A DNA stretch of 49,952 nucleotides from Omnitrophica WOR_2 bacterium RBG_13_41_10 (GCA_001805465.1 MHGH01000005.1:1-49952); one strand, 5' to 3'. Counted from the stretch's first letter, positions 19,258-28,077 are shown. Numbers and translations: made by a program. The notes: generated by a model from the sequence alone, not told the origin.

Positions 19258-19979
19258 TGTCTAGGCCTGTTTATAAAAGAATAGTTTTAAAGTTAAGCGG
19301 CGAAGCCCTCCAGGGTAAAAGATCCCACGGTATAGAGCATGCGGTTTTAGTTTCTATTGCCCGCCAGATAAAAGAAATAAGAGATTTAAATGTGGATGTG
19401 GCAATTGTGCTGGGTGCTGGTAATATTTTTCGCGGCCAGGAAAACACCGGTTCCCTGGGCCTAGATATGGACAGGTCCGTAGCCGACTATATGGGCATGA
19501 TCGCTACAGTGATAAACGGCCTGGCCTTGCAGAATGTTTTGGAAAAAATGAATATGCCGACCAGGGTGATGACGGCAATAGAGATGCAGAGGATTGCCGA
19601 GCCATATATCAGAAGAAAGGCCATGCGGCACCTAGAAAAGGGGCGGGTAGTTATTTTTGTCGCCGGTACAGGCAACCCCTATTTTACTACTGATACCGCA
19701 GCAGCACTAAGGGCGATGGAGATAAGCGCTGACGCTATACTTAAGGCCACCAAGGTAGGGGGGGTTTATTCCGCCGATCCTTTGAAAGTAAAAAATGCAA
19801 AGAAATTTTCTAAATTAAAATACATAGATGTATTAAAAAAGGGCCTCAAGGTTATGGATGCTACCGCCGTTACTTTATGCATGGATAACAATCTGCCTAT
19901 CGTTGTTTTTAATCTGAATAGGCAGGGTAATATCAAGCGCGTAGTATTGGGCAAAAAAATAGGAACCGTAGTAAGATAA
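19257..19979 (+). CDS. pyrH: UMP kinase
   Basis: [36 protein letters not shown]. 240 aa. Confidence 0.93.
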   Translation: MSRPVYKRIVLKLSGEALQGKRSHGIEHAVLVSIARQIKEIRDLNVDVAIVLGAGNIFRGQENTGSLGLDMDRSVADYMGMIATVINGLALQNVLEKMNMPTRVMTAIEMQRIAEPYIRRKAMRHLEKGRVVIFVAGTGNPYFTTDTAAALRAMEISADAILKATKVGGVYSADPLKVKNAKKFSKLKYIDVLKKGLKVMDATAVTLCMDNNLPIVVFNLNRQGNIKRVVLGKKIGTVVR

Positions 19980-20022
19980 AACTAAATTTGGAATTTAGTA
20001 ATTAAGAAAACCGGAGGTGGTT

Positions 20023-20583
20023 ATGACGGTCAGAGAAATCTTGCATCAGACAGAGGAAAAAATGAAAAAAGCCTTGGAGTCTGTAAGGCGGGAGTTTTCT
20101 GAAGTGCGGACCGGTAGGGCCCACCCCGGCCTAGTCGAAGGCTTGCATATTGATTATTACGGGACCCCTACTTTGCTTAAAGGGTTAGCTTCTATTACCA
20201 CCACCGACGTCCATCTTATTACCATACAGCCGTGGGATATTTTGGCAATACCGGATATTGAAAAGGCGATTATGAAGTCTAATATCGGAATCACCCCTTC
20301 TAATGACGGTAAGTTAATTCGCCTAACAGTGCCGCCTTTATCACAAGAGAGGCGCCAGGAACTTGCCAAGACAGTGCATAAGATGGCTGAGGAAGGAAGG
20401 GTATCGCTGCGTACGATAAGAAGAGACGCCAAAGAATCCCTGGAAAAGTTAGAAAAAGACAAGGGCATTTCCGAGGACGATAAATTTAGAGGCATTGATG
20501 AACTGCAGAAACTCGTGGATAAACATATTGCCGAAGTCGACGAGATATTAAAAAATAAAGAAAAAGATATTTTGGGGTCTTAG
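20023..20583 (+). CDS. frr: Ribosome recycling factor
   Basis: Conserved RRF sequence (VRTGRAHPGLVEGL, RLTVPPLSQERRQEL, IRRDA). The ATG at 20023 sits 6 nt after GGAGG and is preferred over the GTG at 20017. Confidence 0.92.
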   Translation: MTVREILHQTEEKMKKALESVRREFSEVRTGRAHPGLVEGLHIDYYGTPTLLKGLASITTTDVHLITIQPWDILAIPDIEKAIMKSNIGITPSNDGKLIRLTVPPLSQERRQELAKTVHKMAEEGRVSLRTIRRDAKESLEKLEKDKGISEDDKFRGIDELQKLVDKHIAEVDEILKNKEKDILGS

Positions 20584-20603
20584 ATATTTTGTTCATTGAT
20601 AAT

Positions 20604-20940
20604 GGGCCACTAGCTCATCTGGTAGAGCACCACCCTCTAATAAGGGGGCGCTGCCGGGTAACTGGTAGTAGAAAATCTTGTAAATTGCGGGAAAATCTGT
20701 GTATTTCAAGATACTCTAAATATAGAGTAACAATTTTTGAATGCAGATAATCCGCAGCCAAGTCCGCCGATAATTATAGCGGAAAGGTTCAACGACTATA
20801 ATCAAGACGCCCTACCGTTTTTATCCAAAAGCGTTATTCTAAAAACGGTAGGGCGATGGGATAGTCTGATCTGTATGGCGACATACAGTTAACACAAATG
20901 TTTAAGGTGGGTGTGCCGCGTTCGAGTCGCGGGTGGCTCA
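20604..20940 (+). tRNA. tRNA-Lys(UUU), interrupted (exon 1 at 20604-20636, exon 2 at 20901-20940). No encoded CCA
   Basis: The joined exons give a 73-nt cloverleaf. Acceptor GGGCCAC/GUGGCUC (one G-U pair), D arm GCUC-AUCUGGUA-GAGC, anticodon stem CCACC/GGUGG with loop CU-UUU-AA, variable loop GUGUG, T arm CCGCG-UUCGAGU-CGCGG, discriminator A. The architecture closely parallels E. coli tRNA-Lys. Confidence 0.85.
20637..20900 (+). ncRNA. Group I self-splicing intron (tRNA-type, IC3-like, no internal ORF) in the anticodon loop of tRNA-Lys
   Basis: - Conserved elements: P AUUGCGGGAAA (20684-20694), Q AAUCCGCAGC (20749-20758), R GUUCAACGACUAUA (20787-20800), S GGGAUAGUC (20858-20866).
- P1: exon CCCU pairs with GGGG (20644-20647), with U.G at the 5' splice site.
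- The terminal G at 20900 precedes exon 2.
- P8 is a 14-bp hairpin (20809-20854).
- P9 is CUGUAUG-GCGA-CAUACAG with a GNRA loop (20871-20888). Confidence 0.85.
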
Positions 20941-21041
20941 TAAATTTAGTAATCCGCGGCGGGTAAATCTTGCGTTCTCCCGCCAGGTGATTAATGGAAT
21001 AGGGCGGGATCCCGCCAGCGTATAAGATGTGCTTGGCGGGA

Positions 21042-21058
21042 GAGTCGCGGGTGGCTCA
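21042..21058 (+). repeat. Direct repeat of the 3' end of tRNA-Lys (T-loop through discriminator)
   Basis: GAGTCGCGGGTGGCTCA is identical to 20924-20940. The downstream flanks are also similar (TAAATTTAGT versus ATAAATTAGT). Confidence 0.85.
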
Positions 21059-21064
21059 ATAAAT

Positions 21065-21099
21065 TAGTTCATAGTTCATAGTTAATAGTCCATAGTTAA
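21065..21099 (+). repeat. Five tandem heptamers (consensus TAGTTCA)
   Basis: TAGTTCA TAGTTCA TAGTTAA TAGTCCA TAGTTAA, contiguous, between the tRNA-Lys region and tRNA-Leu. Confidence 0.8.
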
Positions 21100-21139
21100 G
21101 AACTAGAAGAGAGGATTGTTTTTGTTGAGGGTAAGAAGA

Positions 21140-21221
21140 GGGCGGATGGCGGAATTGGCATACGCGATAGCCTTAGGAGCTATTGGGGAAACCCTTGGAG
21201 GTTCAAATCCTCTTCCGCCCA
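21140..21221 (+). tRNA. tRNA-Leu(UAG), class II with a long variable arm
   Basis: Acceptor GGGCGGA/UCCGCCC, anticodon arm AUAGC-CUUAGGA-GCUAU (anticodon UAG), variable arm UGGGGAAACCCUUG, T arm GGAGG-UUCAAAU-CCUCU, discriminator A. Confidence 0.88.
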
Positions 21222-21262
21222 TTCTTAAAAAAATGAGCGGGGAGGTTATTAAAGCCGATACT

Positions 21263-21334
21263 GCGGCGGTAATTCAGCGGTAGAATGCCTGCTTGCCAAG
21301 CAGGATGTCACGGGTTCAAGTCCCGTCCGCCGCT
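21263..21334 (+). tRNA. tRNA-Gly(GCC)
   Basis: Acceptor GCGGCGG/CCGCCGC, anticodon arm CCUGC-UUGCCAA-GCAGG (anticodon GCC), T arm ACGGG-UUCAAGU-CCCGU, discriminator U followed by a T run. Confidence 0.9.
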
Positions 21335-21383
21335 TTTTAAATTTAAAAAATAAAATAGTTTGGTAAAAACAAAAGGAGAGGGT

Positions 21384-21854
21384 ATGAAGATTATGGATTT
21401 TCTTTCTAAGAAAGCAATACTCACAGATTTAAAATCCGCTAAAAAAGAAGATGTGATTAAAGAGCTGGTCGAGGGATTAATCAATGCCGGCGAAATCGAA
21501 AAACGCTACCGTAATAAATTAATAGAAGCGCTCATGGCCAGAGAAGCCTTAGGCTCGACAGCCATCGGCCAAGGAATAGCCATTCCCCATGCCAAAGCCG
21601 ATTGCGTAGAGAAATTAGTCGCAGCCTTTGGTTTATCCAAGAAGGGAATAGATTTTGATTCTTTAGATGGAGAGCCGGTCTATATATTCTTTCTCTTAGT
21701 TGCTCCGCAGGATTCCGCAGGGCCACATCTAAAGGCGCTAGCCCGTATTTCGCGCCTCTTAAAAGATAAGTATTGCCGTGATAACCTGCGCGCCTGTACA
21801 GACGATAAATGCGTAATAAAAATAGTCAGCCAGGAATATGAAAAAAAGATCTAA
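21384..21854 (+). CDS. ptsN: PTS EIIA (fructose/mannitol/Ntr type), PtsN-like regulatory protein
   Basis: GQGIAIPHAK phosphorylatable-His motif. About 156 aa from the ATG at 21384, which follows GGAGAGGG. No EIIB/EIIC gene is nearby. Confidence 0.82.
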   Translation: MKIMDFLSKKAILTDLKSAKKEDVIKELVEGLINAGEIEKRYRNKLIEALMAREALGSTAIGQGIAIPHAKADCVEKLVAAFGLSKKGIDFDSLDGEPVYIFFLLVAPQDSAGPHLKALARISRLLKDKYCRDNLRACTDDKCVIKIVSQEYEKKI

Positions 21855-23097
21855 AACAAATTTCAGGCAAATCCAGGGTTTATTCAAATGGCTTTATCCG
21901 GGGATGGGTATTAAGCGTTGGATTATTCTGGGCAGTTTTGGGGTAGTCTTAGTAATTATCGGCTCCGGATATTTACGGACCGAAGAATACTGGATAGCCC
22001 AAATTTTAGACGCAATAGTAGTCTTGTCCGGTATCATAATTTTAATATTAGGGATTAAATATCTCATGCGTTCTTACATCGCTGCCTTTATGCCTTCTTC
22101 GCGGGGTTCGGATTTCGTAGATACTTTTATTCAAAGAAGGCATCTTGCCCGCGGCCCCAAGATTGTCACCATTGGCGGGGGGACAGGATTATCTGTACTT
22201 TTAAGCGGACTTAAAGAATACACCTCTAATATTACCGCCATAGTTACGGTAGCCGATGACGGGGGTTCTTCCGGAAGATTAAGAAGAGAATTTGATATTT
22301 TACCGCCGGGGGATATACGTAACTGCCTAGTTGCCTTAGCAGATGCGCCGGCGTTGATGCGCGATTTATTTCAATTCCGTTTTGATACAAATTCGGAGTT
22401 ATCGGGCCACAGTTTCGGCAATCTTTTTATTACTGTGATGACCAGGTTAACAGGAGATTTTGAAAAAGCTATCAGAGAGACCAGTAAAGTTTTAGCCTTA
22501 AGAGGCCAGGTAATCCCCTCTACATTAAATAACGTAACCTTGGTAGCAGAACACAAAGACGGTTCCGTTACCGAAGGAGAGGATAAAATACCCAAGGCGC
22601 ACTTACCGATAAAAAAAGTTTATCTTCGGCCCCTAGAGCCGGTGGCAACCCCAGAGGCAATAAAGGCCATAGAAGAGGCACAGATCATTGTTTTGGGCCC
22701 GGGTTCATTATACACCAGTATTTTGCCCAATCTTTTAATAAAAGAAATAACGGAGAAGATAGCCAGTTCCGCAGCCATTAAGGTTTACGTCTGTAATATC
22801 ATGACCCAGCCGGGGGAAACCGATAATCTTAAAGCATCCGAACATATCAGGACGCTGCTTAAGCATAGCCATCCCCGTATATTTGATTACTGTATTGTAA
22901 ATACCGCGCAGGCTTCTCTAAGCCTGCTTAAGCGCTATGCCCAAGAGAAATCTCACCCCGTGATTAATGACACTGATAATATCCAAAAGATGGGCTATAG
23001 GGTAATCGGAGACGATGTTCTGCTTAGCGGAGATGTGATTCGCCACGACTCCGCAAAATTAGCTAGAATTATATTAGGGTTTATTGAAGAGATTTAA
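21838..23097 (+). CDS. YvcK/CofD-like (UPF0052, 'gluconeogenesis factor') protein with an N-terminal two-TM extension
   Basis: IVTIGGGTGLSVLLSGLK and VADDGGSSGRLR motifs. The first ~90 aa contain two hydrophobic helices that are absent from the classical cytosolic YvcK, as far as recalled. Confidence 0.8.
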   Translation: MKKRSKTNFRQIQGLFKWLYPGMGIKRWIILGSFGVVLVIIGSGYLRTEEYWIAQILDAIVVLSGIIILILGIKYLMRSYIAAFMPSSRGSDFVDTFIQRRHLARGPKIVTIGGGTGLSVLLSGLKEYTSNITAIVTVADDGGSSGRLRREFDILPPGDIRNCLVALADAPALMRDLFQFRFDTNSELSGHSFGNLFITVMTRLTGDFEKAIRETSKVLALRGQVIPSTLNNVTLVAEHKDGSVTEGEDKIPKAHLPIKKVYLRPLEPVATPEAIKAIEEAQIIVLGPGSLYTSILPNLLIKEITEKIASSAAIKVYVCNIMTQPGETDNLKASEHIRTLLKHSHPRIFDYCIVNTAQASLSLLKRYAQEKSHPVINDTDNIQKMGYRVIGDDVLLSGDVIRHDSAKLARIILGFIEEI

Positions 23098-23098
23098 G

Positions 23099-23362
23099 AT
23101 GCCAATGGTAACAAAAAAGATAATCATAAGAAATAAACAAGGGTTGCATGCCCGTCCTGCCGCATCGTTTGTGCAGATAGCTAATAAGTTTGCCGCCAGA
23201 GTAACCGTTAAGCGCGACGGAGAAGAAGTAAACGGAAAGTCTATCATGGGTATTCTCATGCTCGGTGCGGAGCGAGGCAGCCAAATTATAATCGAAGTTG
23301 AGGGAGACGACGCGCAATTAGCGCTATCGGAATTAGAGAAGATTGTCACTAGCGAGGAGTAG
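23099..23362 (+). CDS. ptsH: Phosphocarrier protein HPr/NPr
   Basis: GLHARPAA (His15 site) and GKSIMGILMLG (Ser46 site). The ATG at 23099, just after the yvcK-like stop, is preferred over the TTG at 23084. Confidence 0.88.
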   Translation: MPMVTKKIIIRNKQGLHARPAASFVQIANKFAARVTVKRDGEEVNGKSIMGILMLGAERGSQIIIEVEGDDAQLALSELEKIVTSEE

Positions 23363-23370
23363 TTAGGTTT

Positions 23371-25113
23371 ATGCTGAAACTCAAAGGTATAGCAGCAGCT
23401 TCAGGAATAAGCATAGGGCCGGCATATCGCCTGAATAGAGAGGAGTTTGTGGTACCTAAACAGGAGATCACCGAAGACCAGATTCCTTTACAGATCCAGC
23501 TTTTTGAAGAAGCCTTAATCCAGACCCGCAAGGAGATCCTGGAATTACAGAAAAGAATCTCTAGCGATATGGGGCAGGAAGAGGCCCAGATTTTTGACGC
23601 TCACCTTTTGGTTTTAGAAGACCGTATGCTTATCGAAGAGGTAATCTCTCGTTTGAAGAAAGAGCATCTGGGTGTAGTTTATATATTTTCTCAAGTTTTA
23701 AAGAAGTATATTGAAGTATTCTCTAAGATAGAAGATGAGTATCTAAAAGAACGTACTGCCGATATTAATGACGTAGGCAAACGTATCCTGCGCAATTTAT
23801 TAGGCAAGAAAAGAAGAGACTTCCAAGATTTAAAAGAAAAGGTCGTGGTGGTGGCACACGAACTTTCTCCTTCCGATACAGCGGCAATGCACAAGCAAAA
23901 TGTCTGTGGATTTGTCACGGATGTAGGAGGAAAGACTTCCCACACTGCGATTATGGCCAAGTCTTTAGAGATACCGGCAGTAGTGGGCTTACAGGAAGTA
24001 ATAAATAAAATTAAAACCGGGGATATTTTGATCGTAGACGGAAGCACGGGTGTTGTTATCGTAAACCCCGATAGTGATGCCTTAAGTTTTTATAGGCAGG
24101 AACAACAGAAACTTAAAGGCATAGCTGAGAGATTCTTCTTGGTAAAAGACCTGGAGGCAGTGACTCTTGACGGTAAAACCATAGAGATAAGCGCAAATAT
24201 AGAGTTACCCGAAGAGGTGCCGTCGATAAAGCTGCACGGCGGCCAAGGTATAGGCCTGTATCGCTCGGAGTTCTTTTATATGAACAGAAAGGACCTGCCT
24301 TCGGAAGAGGAACATTACCAGGCCTATAAGTACGTAGCAGAACAAATGAACCCCTACCCCGTAGTTATCCGAACCCTTGATTTAGGAGGGGATAAATTTT
24401 TATCTCAATTTGCCGCACCCCATGATATGCAGCCTTTTTTGGGATGGCGGGCAATCAGGTTTTGTCTGGCTCGCCCTGATATATTTAAGACTCAGCTGCG
24501 GGCTATCTTACGGGCTTCGGTGCACGGTAAATTAAAATTAATGTATCCGATGATTTCGGGTATCGAGGAACTTAAGCAGGCCAACAGTATATTGAACGAA
24601 GTAAAGGAAGAATTAAGAAAAGAAGAAGTACCCTTTAATAATAATATTGAGGTAGGGGCGATGATTGAAGTGCCCTCTGCCGCTATGACTGCTGACCTTT
24701 TGGCTGCGGAAGCGGATTTTTTCAGCATTGGCACGAATGATTTGATTCAATATTCGCTGGCAGTTGACCGCGCAAATGAAAAAGTGGCATATCTATATGA
24801 ACCGACACACCCGGCGGTTTTAAGAATGATTAAAAATATAATTGAATCCGCGCATAATGCCGGTATTTGGGTGGGGATGTGCGGTGAAATGGCAGGGGAG
24901 CCTTCTTTAGCATTAATACTTTTAGGGTTAGGCTTGGATGAATTTAGCATGCCGCCGTTACTTATTCCGGAAGTAAAATATATTATTCGCTCAGTTACTC
25001 TAAAGCAGGCCAAGACCATTGCCTTGGAAGCTTTGAAGTTATCTACGGGAAAAGAAGTAGAAGAATACAGCCAAATCAGGCTAAGGGAGTTATTGGGATG
25101 GGAAAAGGCATAG
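23371..25113 (+). CDS. ptsI: Phosphoenolpyruvate-protein phosphotransferase (Enzyme I)
   Basis: GGKTSHTAIMAKSLEIPAVVG (catalytic His), SIGTNDLIQY and CGEMAG motifs. 580 aa, with no N-terminal GAF domain. Confidence 0.93.
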   Translation: MLKLKGIAAASGISIGPAYRLNREEFVVPKQEITEDQIPLQIQLFEEALIQTRKEILELQKRISSDMGQEEAQIFDAHLLVLEDRMLIEEVISRLKKEHLGVVYIFSQVLKKYIEVFSKIEDEYLKERTADINDVGKRILRNLLGKKRRDFQDLKEKVVVVAHELSPSDTAAMHKQNVCGFVTDVGGKTSHTAIMAKSLEIPAVVGLQEVINKIKTGDILIVDGSTGVVIVNPDSDALSFYRQEQQKLKGIAERFFLVKDLEAVTLDGKTIEISANIELPEEVPSIKLHGGQGIGLYRSEFFYMNRKDLPSEEEHYQAYKYVAEQMNPYPVVIRTLDLGGDKFLSQFAAPHDMQPFLGWRAIRFCLARPDIFKTQLRAILRASVHGKLKLMYPMISGIEELKQANSILNEVKEELRKEEVPFNNNIEVGAMIEVPSAAMTADLLAAEADFFSIGTNDLIQYSLAVDRANEKVAYLYEPTHPAVLRMIKNIIESAHNAGIWVGMCGEMAGEPSLALILLGLGLDEFSMPPLLIPEVKYIIRSVTLKQAKTIALEALKLSTGKEVEEYSQIRLRELLGWEKA

Positions 25114-26144
25114 ATAAATCCAATATGTTGGAACTGCTTTTAGATTTTCCCTTACAGTGTAAGACAGCGCAAAGTCTAGCTGGAGGCGCCACTGTATCAA
25201 TAGAAAAGAAAAATTTTAGCAAAATAGTCTTTTGCGGTTTAGGGGGTTCAGCTATTGGAGCGGATCTAGTGAGGTCTTATTTATATTTTGAAAGTAAATT
25301 ACCTATTATTGTCTGCCGGGAATACCAACTACCTGCTTATGCAGACGAGTTAACCTTGGTTTTTATCGCGAGTTATTCCGGGAATACCGAGGAGACCGTT
25401 AGCGCCTACCAGCAAGCTAGAGAGAAAGGCGCTAATATAATTGTTCTTACTTCGGGCGGAACATTAAAAGAATATGCCCAGAAGGACAAGATTGATTTTA
25501 TTCAAATACCCGCTGGTTTACCGCCGAGAAATGCCTTAGGGTACTTAAGTATTATCCCTTTGTGTATCCTCACCCGCTTAGGGCTGATTAAAGATCTAAG
25601 CAGTTCTATTTATCAGGTAGTAAAAACCCTGGAAGATTTAAAAAATAACCATCTTCATCCGCGCATAGCAGTAAAAGATAATATTTCCAAGTATGTCGCA
25701 AAAAAATTACTGAACAAATTCACTATAGTTTATTCCGGCTCTATAAATTTTGATGTGGTGGCTACGCGTTTTAGAGGGCAACTGGCGGAAAATAGCAAGG
25801 CCTTGGCCTCCAGCCATGTGTTTCCGGAAATGAACCACAATGAAATCGTCGGCTGGCAAAACCCTAAAAAATTATTTAAGCATTTTGCGGTAGTGATGTT
25901 TAAGGATAAGGGCCTCTATCCGCGGGTAGCCAAAAGAATGGCAATTACCAAGGAGTTGATTGAAAAAGAAGGCGTACCGGTCATAGAGATTAATTCGCAG
26001 GGTGAGGATCTTTTAAGCAGGATATTTTCCTTGATATATATCGGAGATTTTATCTCTTATTATTTGGCTTTGCTTTATGGGATTGATCCGACGCCGGTAG
26101 GTAAAGTTACTTATCTAAAAAATAGATTAGCACAAACCAACTAA
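25098..26144 (+). CDS. Bifunctional phosphoglucose/phosphomannose isomerase (SIS domain family)
   Basis: SIS motif CGLGGSAIGADL and a PGI/PMI-type C-terminal domain. About 348 aa. It overlaps ptsI by 16 nt. Confidence 0.7.
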   Translation: MGKGIDKSNMLELLLDFPLQCKTAQSLAGGATVSIEKKNFSKIVFCGLGGSAIGADLVRSYLYFESKLPIIVCREYQLPAYADELTLVFIASYSGNTEETVSAYQQAREKGANIIVLTSGGTLKEYAQKDKIDFIQIPAGLPPRNALGYLSIIPLCILTRLGLIKDLSSSIYQVVKTLEDLKNNHLHPRIAVKDNISKYVAKKLLNKFTIVYSGSINFDVVATRFRGQLAENSKALASSHVFPEMNHNEIVGWQNPKKLFKHFAVVMFKDKGLYPRVAKRMAITKELIEKEGVPVIEINSQGEDLLSRIFSLIYIGDFISYYLALLYGIDPTPVGKVTYLKNRLAQTN

Positions 26145-26882
26145 ATGAAGGCATTAATTCTGGCAGCTGGTTATGCCACCCGGCTTTACCCTTTAACCAA
26201 GGATTATCCCAAGTCGCTCCTAGCAATAGGCAGGCGCCCTATAATCGAATACATCATAGACAAGCTTCAGGCGCAAGAACAGATAGATGAGATTATCGTG
26301 GTCACTAACGGTAAATTTATCCGTTGCTTTAGAGAGTGGAAGCGCTCTTTAAAGATTAAAAAAAGATTGACCCTGATAGATGATTTGACTATGGACCTTG
26401 ATGATAGGCGCGGTGCCATCGGCGATATAGATTTTGTAATCAGAAAAAAGTATAACAAAGATGACTTACTGGTAATCGGAGGGGATAACCTCTTTGACGG
26501 AGGCCTAAAGGTTTTTTTAAATTTTGCTAAATCCAAAAAACCCCACCCTGTGATAGGGGTCTTTAATATAAAAAACAAATTAGAGGCCAGGCAATACGGA
26601 GTGGTAAAGTTAGATAAGAATAAAAGGATCGTTGATTTTGCAGAAAAACCCAAGGCCCCTAAGACAAGTTTAGTGGCAATGTGCCTGTATTATTTCCCCA
26701 AAGGAAAATTAAAATTGATCAGGGAATACCTAAGTAACAGGAATAACAAAAATGACGCTACCGGTTTTTATATAGATTGGGTAAGCAAGAAAGAAGCGGT
26801 TTACGGCTTTATCTTTGACGGCCGTTGGTATGATATCGGCCACCATAAGTCGTATAACGAAGCCAAAGGAAAAATTTTCTAA
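26145..26882 (+). CDS. Sugar-phosphate nucleotidyltransferase (NDP-sugar pyrophosphorylase)
   Basis: N-terminal MKALILAAGYATRLYPLT signature of the NTP_transferase fold. Confidence 0.8.
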   Translation: MKALILAAGYATRLYPLTKDYPKSLLAIGRRPIIEYIIDKLQAQEQIDEIIVVTNGKFIRCFREWKRSLKIKKRLTLIDDLTMDLDDRRGAIGDIDFVIRKKYNKDDLLVIGGDNLFDGGLKVFLNFAKSKKPHPVIGVFNIKNKLEARQYGVVKLDKNKRIVDFAEKPKAPKTSLVAMCLYYFPKGKLKLIREYLSNRNNKNDATGFYIDWVSKKEAVYGFIFDGRWYDIGHHKSYNEAKGKIF

Positions 26883-26907
26883 TCAGTTTATTTTTTAAGG
26901 GGGTAAG

Positions 26908-28077
26908 ATGAAAGCTCGTAAATATTTTTTTACTTCAGAGTCGGTATCAGAGGGCCATCCCGATAAACTCTGTGACCAGATATCCGACGGTGTATTGGAC
27001 GATGTATTAAGGCAGGACCCTTACGGAAGAGTTGCCTGTGAAACTTACGTGACCATGGGGCTTTTAATTGTGGGGGGAGAGATTACTACTACCGCCTACG
27101 TAGATATACAGAAATTAGCCCGCAATATTATTAAAGAAATAGGGTACACTCATCCTAAGTACGGTTTTGATTATCATACCTGCGCGATTGTCAATACTAT
27201 CAACAGCCAGTCCCCGGATATCGCTCAAGGCGTAAATAAGGGTGGAGCAGGCGATCAGGGTCTGATGACCGGTTATGCCTGCCGAGAGACCAAGGAGTTG
27301 ATGCCGCTACCGATTATGATGGCGCATAAATTAGTATTACGCATGACTGAAGTAAGAAGACAGGGGGTATTAAAATACTTAGGGCCAGACGGTAAATCAC
27401 AGGTAAGCGTAGAATATCATGACGGTTCCCCTAAAAGAATAGACTCAGTAGTCTTGGCTTGCCAACATACCGAAGATATACTGGATAAGACAGGCGAACG
27501 TATTACTAAAAAGGCGTGCCAGGAGATTATTGATGTCATTGCCAAGCCCATATTAAAGGGATACATCGACAAAGATACCAAGTATTATGTGAATGAAACA
27601 GGCAAGTTTGTCATCGGCGGGCCGCAATCCGATACCGGTATGACTGGAAGAAAAATTATCGTGGATACTTACGGCGGCGTAGCAGCACCCGGCGGAGGGG
27701 CATTCTCTGGAAAAGATCCCACAAAAGTAGACCGCTCCGGAGCATATATGAACAGGTATATTGCTAAAAATATTGTGGCCGCAGGCCTTGCAGATAAATG
27801 TCTGTTGCAAAGCGCTTATGTGATTGGCAGGGCAGATCCTTTAGCTATAATGGTAGATACTTACGGAACAGCAAAGATTCCCGAAGCTGCCTTTGAAAAA
27901 TTAATCAGGGATAATTTTGAATTAACCCCTCAAGGGATGATTAAGTCGCTGGATCTTTTGCGGCCGATTTATAGAAAGACTGCTTGCTATGGCCACTTCG
28001 GTAGGACAGAACCGGAATTTAGCTGGGAGAGTATTGATAAGGCAGCGACGCTGAAAAAGCAGGCAGCGAAATTGTAG
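26908..28077 (+). CDS. metK: S-adenosylmethionine synthetase
   Basis: [36 protein letters not shown]. Confidence 0.95.
   Translation: MKARKYFFTSESVSEGHPDKLCDQISDGVLDDVLRQDPYGRVACETYVTMGLLIVGGEITTTAYVDIQKLARNIIKEIGYTHPKYGFDYHTCAIVNTINSQSPDIAQGVNKGGAGDQGLMTGYACRETKELMPLPIMMAHKLVLRMTEVRRQGVLKYLGPDGKSQVSVEYHDGSPKRIDSVVLACQHTEDILDKTGERITKKACQEIIDVIAKPILKGYIDKDTKYYVNETGKFVIGGPQSDTGMTGRKIIVDTYGGVAAPGGGAFSGKDPTKVDRSGAYMNRYIAKNIVAAGLADKCLLQSAYVIGRADPLAIMVDTYGTAKIPEAAFEKLIRDNFELTPQGMIKSLDLLRPIYRKTACYGHFGRTEPEFSWESIDKAATLKKQAAKL

Noticed and set aside
20590-20603. GATAAT immediately upstream of tRNA-Lys as its -10 element.
   Set aside because: A start 7 nt downstream would fall inside the mature tRNA, and no -35 lies at a workable spacing. 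The tRNA cluster is more likely transcribed from further upstream, possibly by read-through from frr.
20630-20650. Read linearly, the tRNA 5' half continues CCACC-CUCUAAU, which could be taken as an anticodon loop with CUA (an amber suppressor tRNA).
   Set aside because: No complementary 3' anticodon-stem strand follows. The matching GGUGG, T arm and acceptor strand lie 264 nt downstream, and the intervening sequence has the group I core elements. The CUA belongs to the intron's P1 loop.
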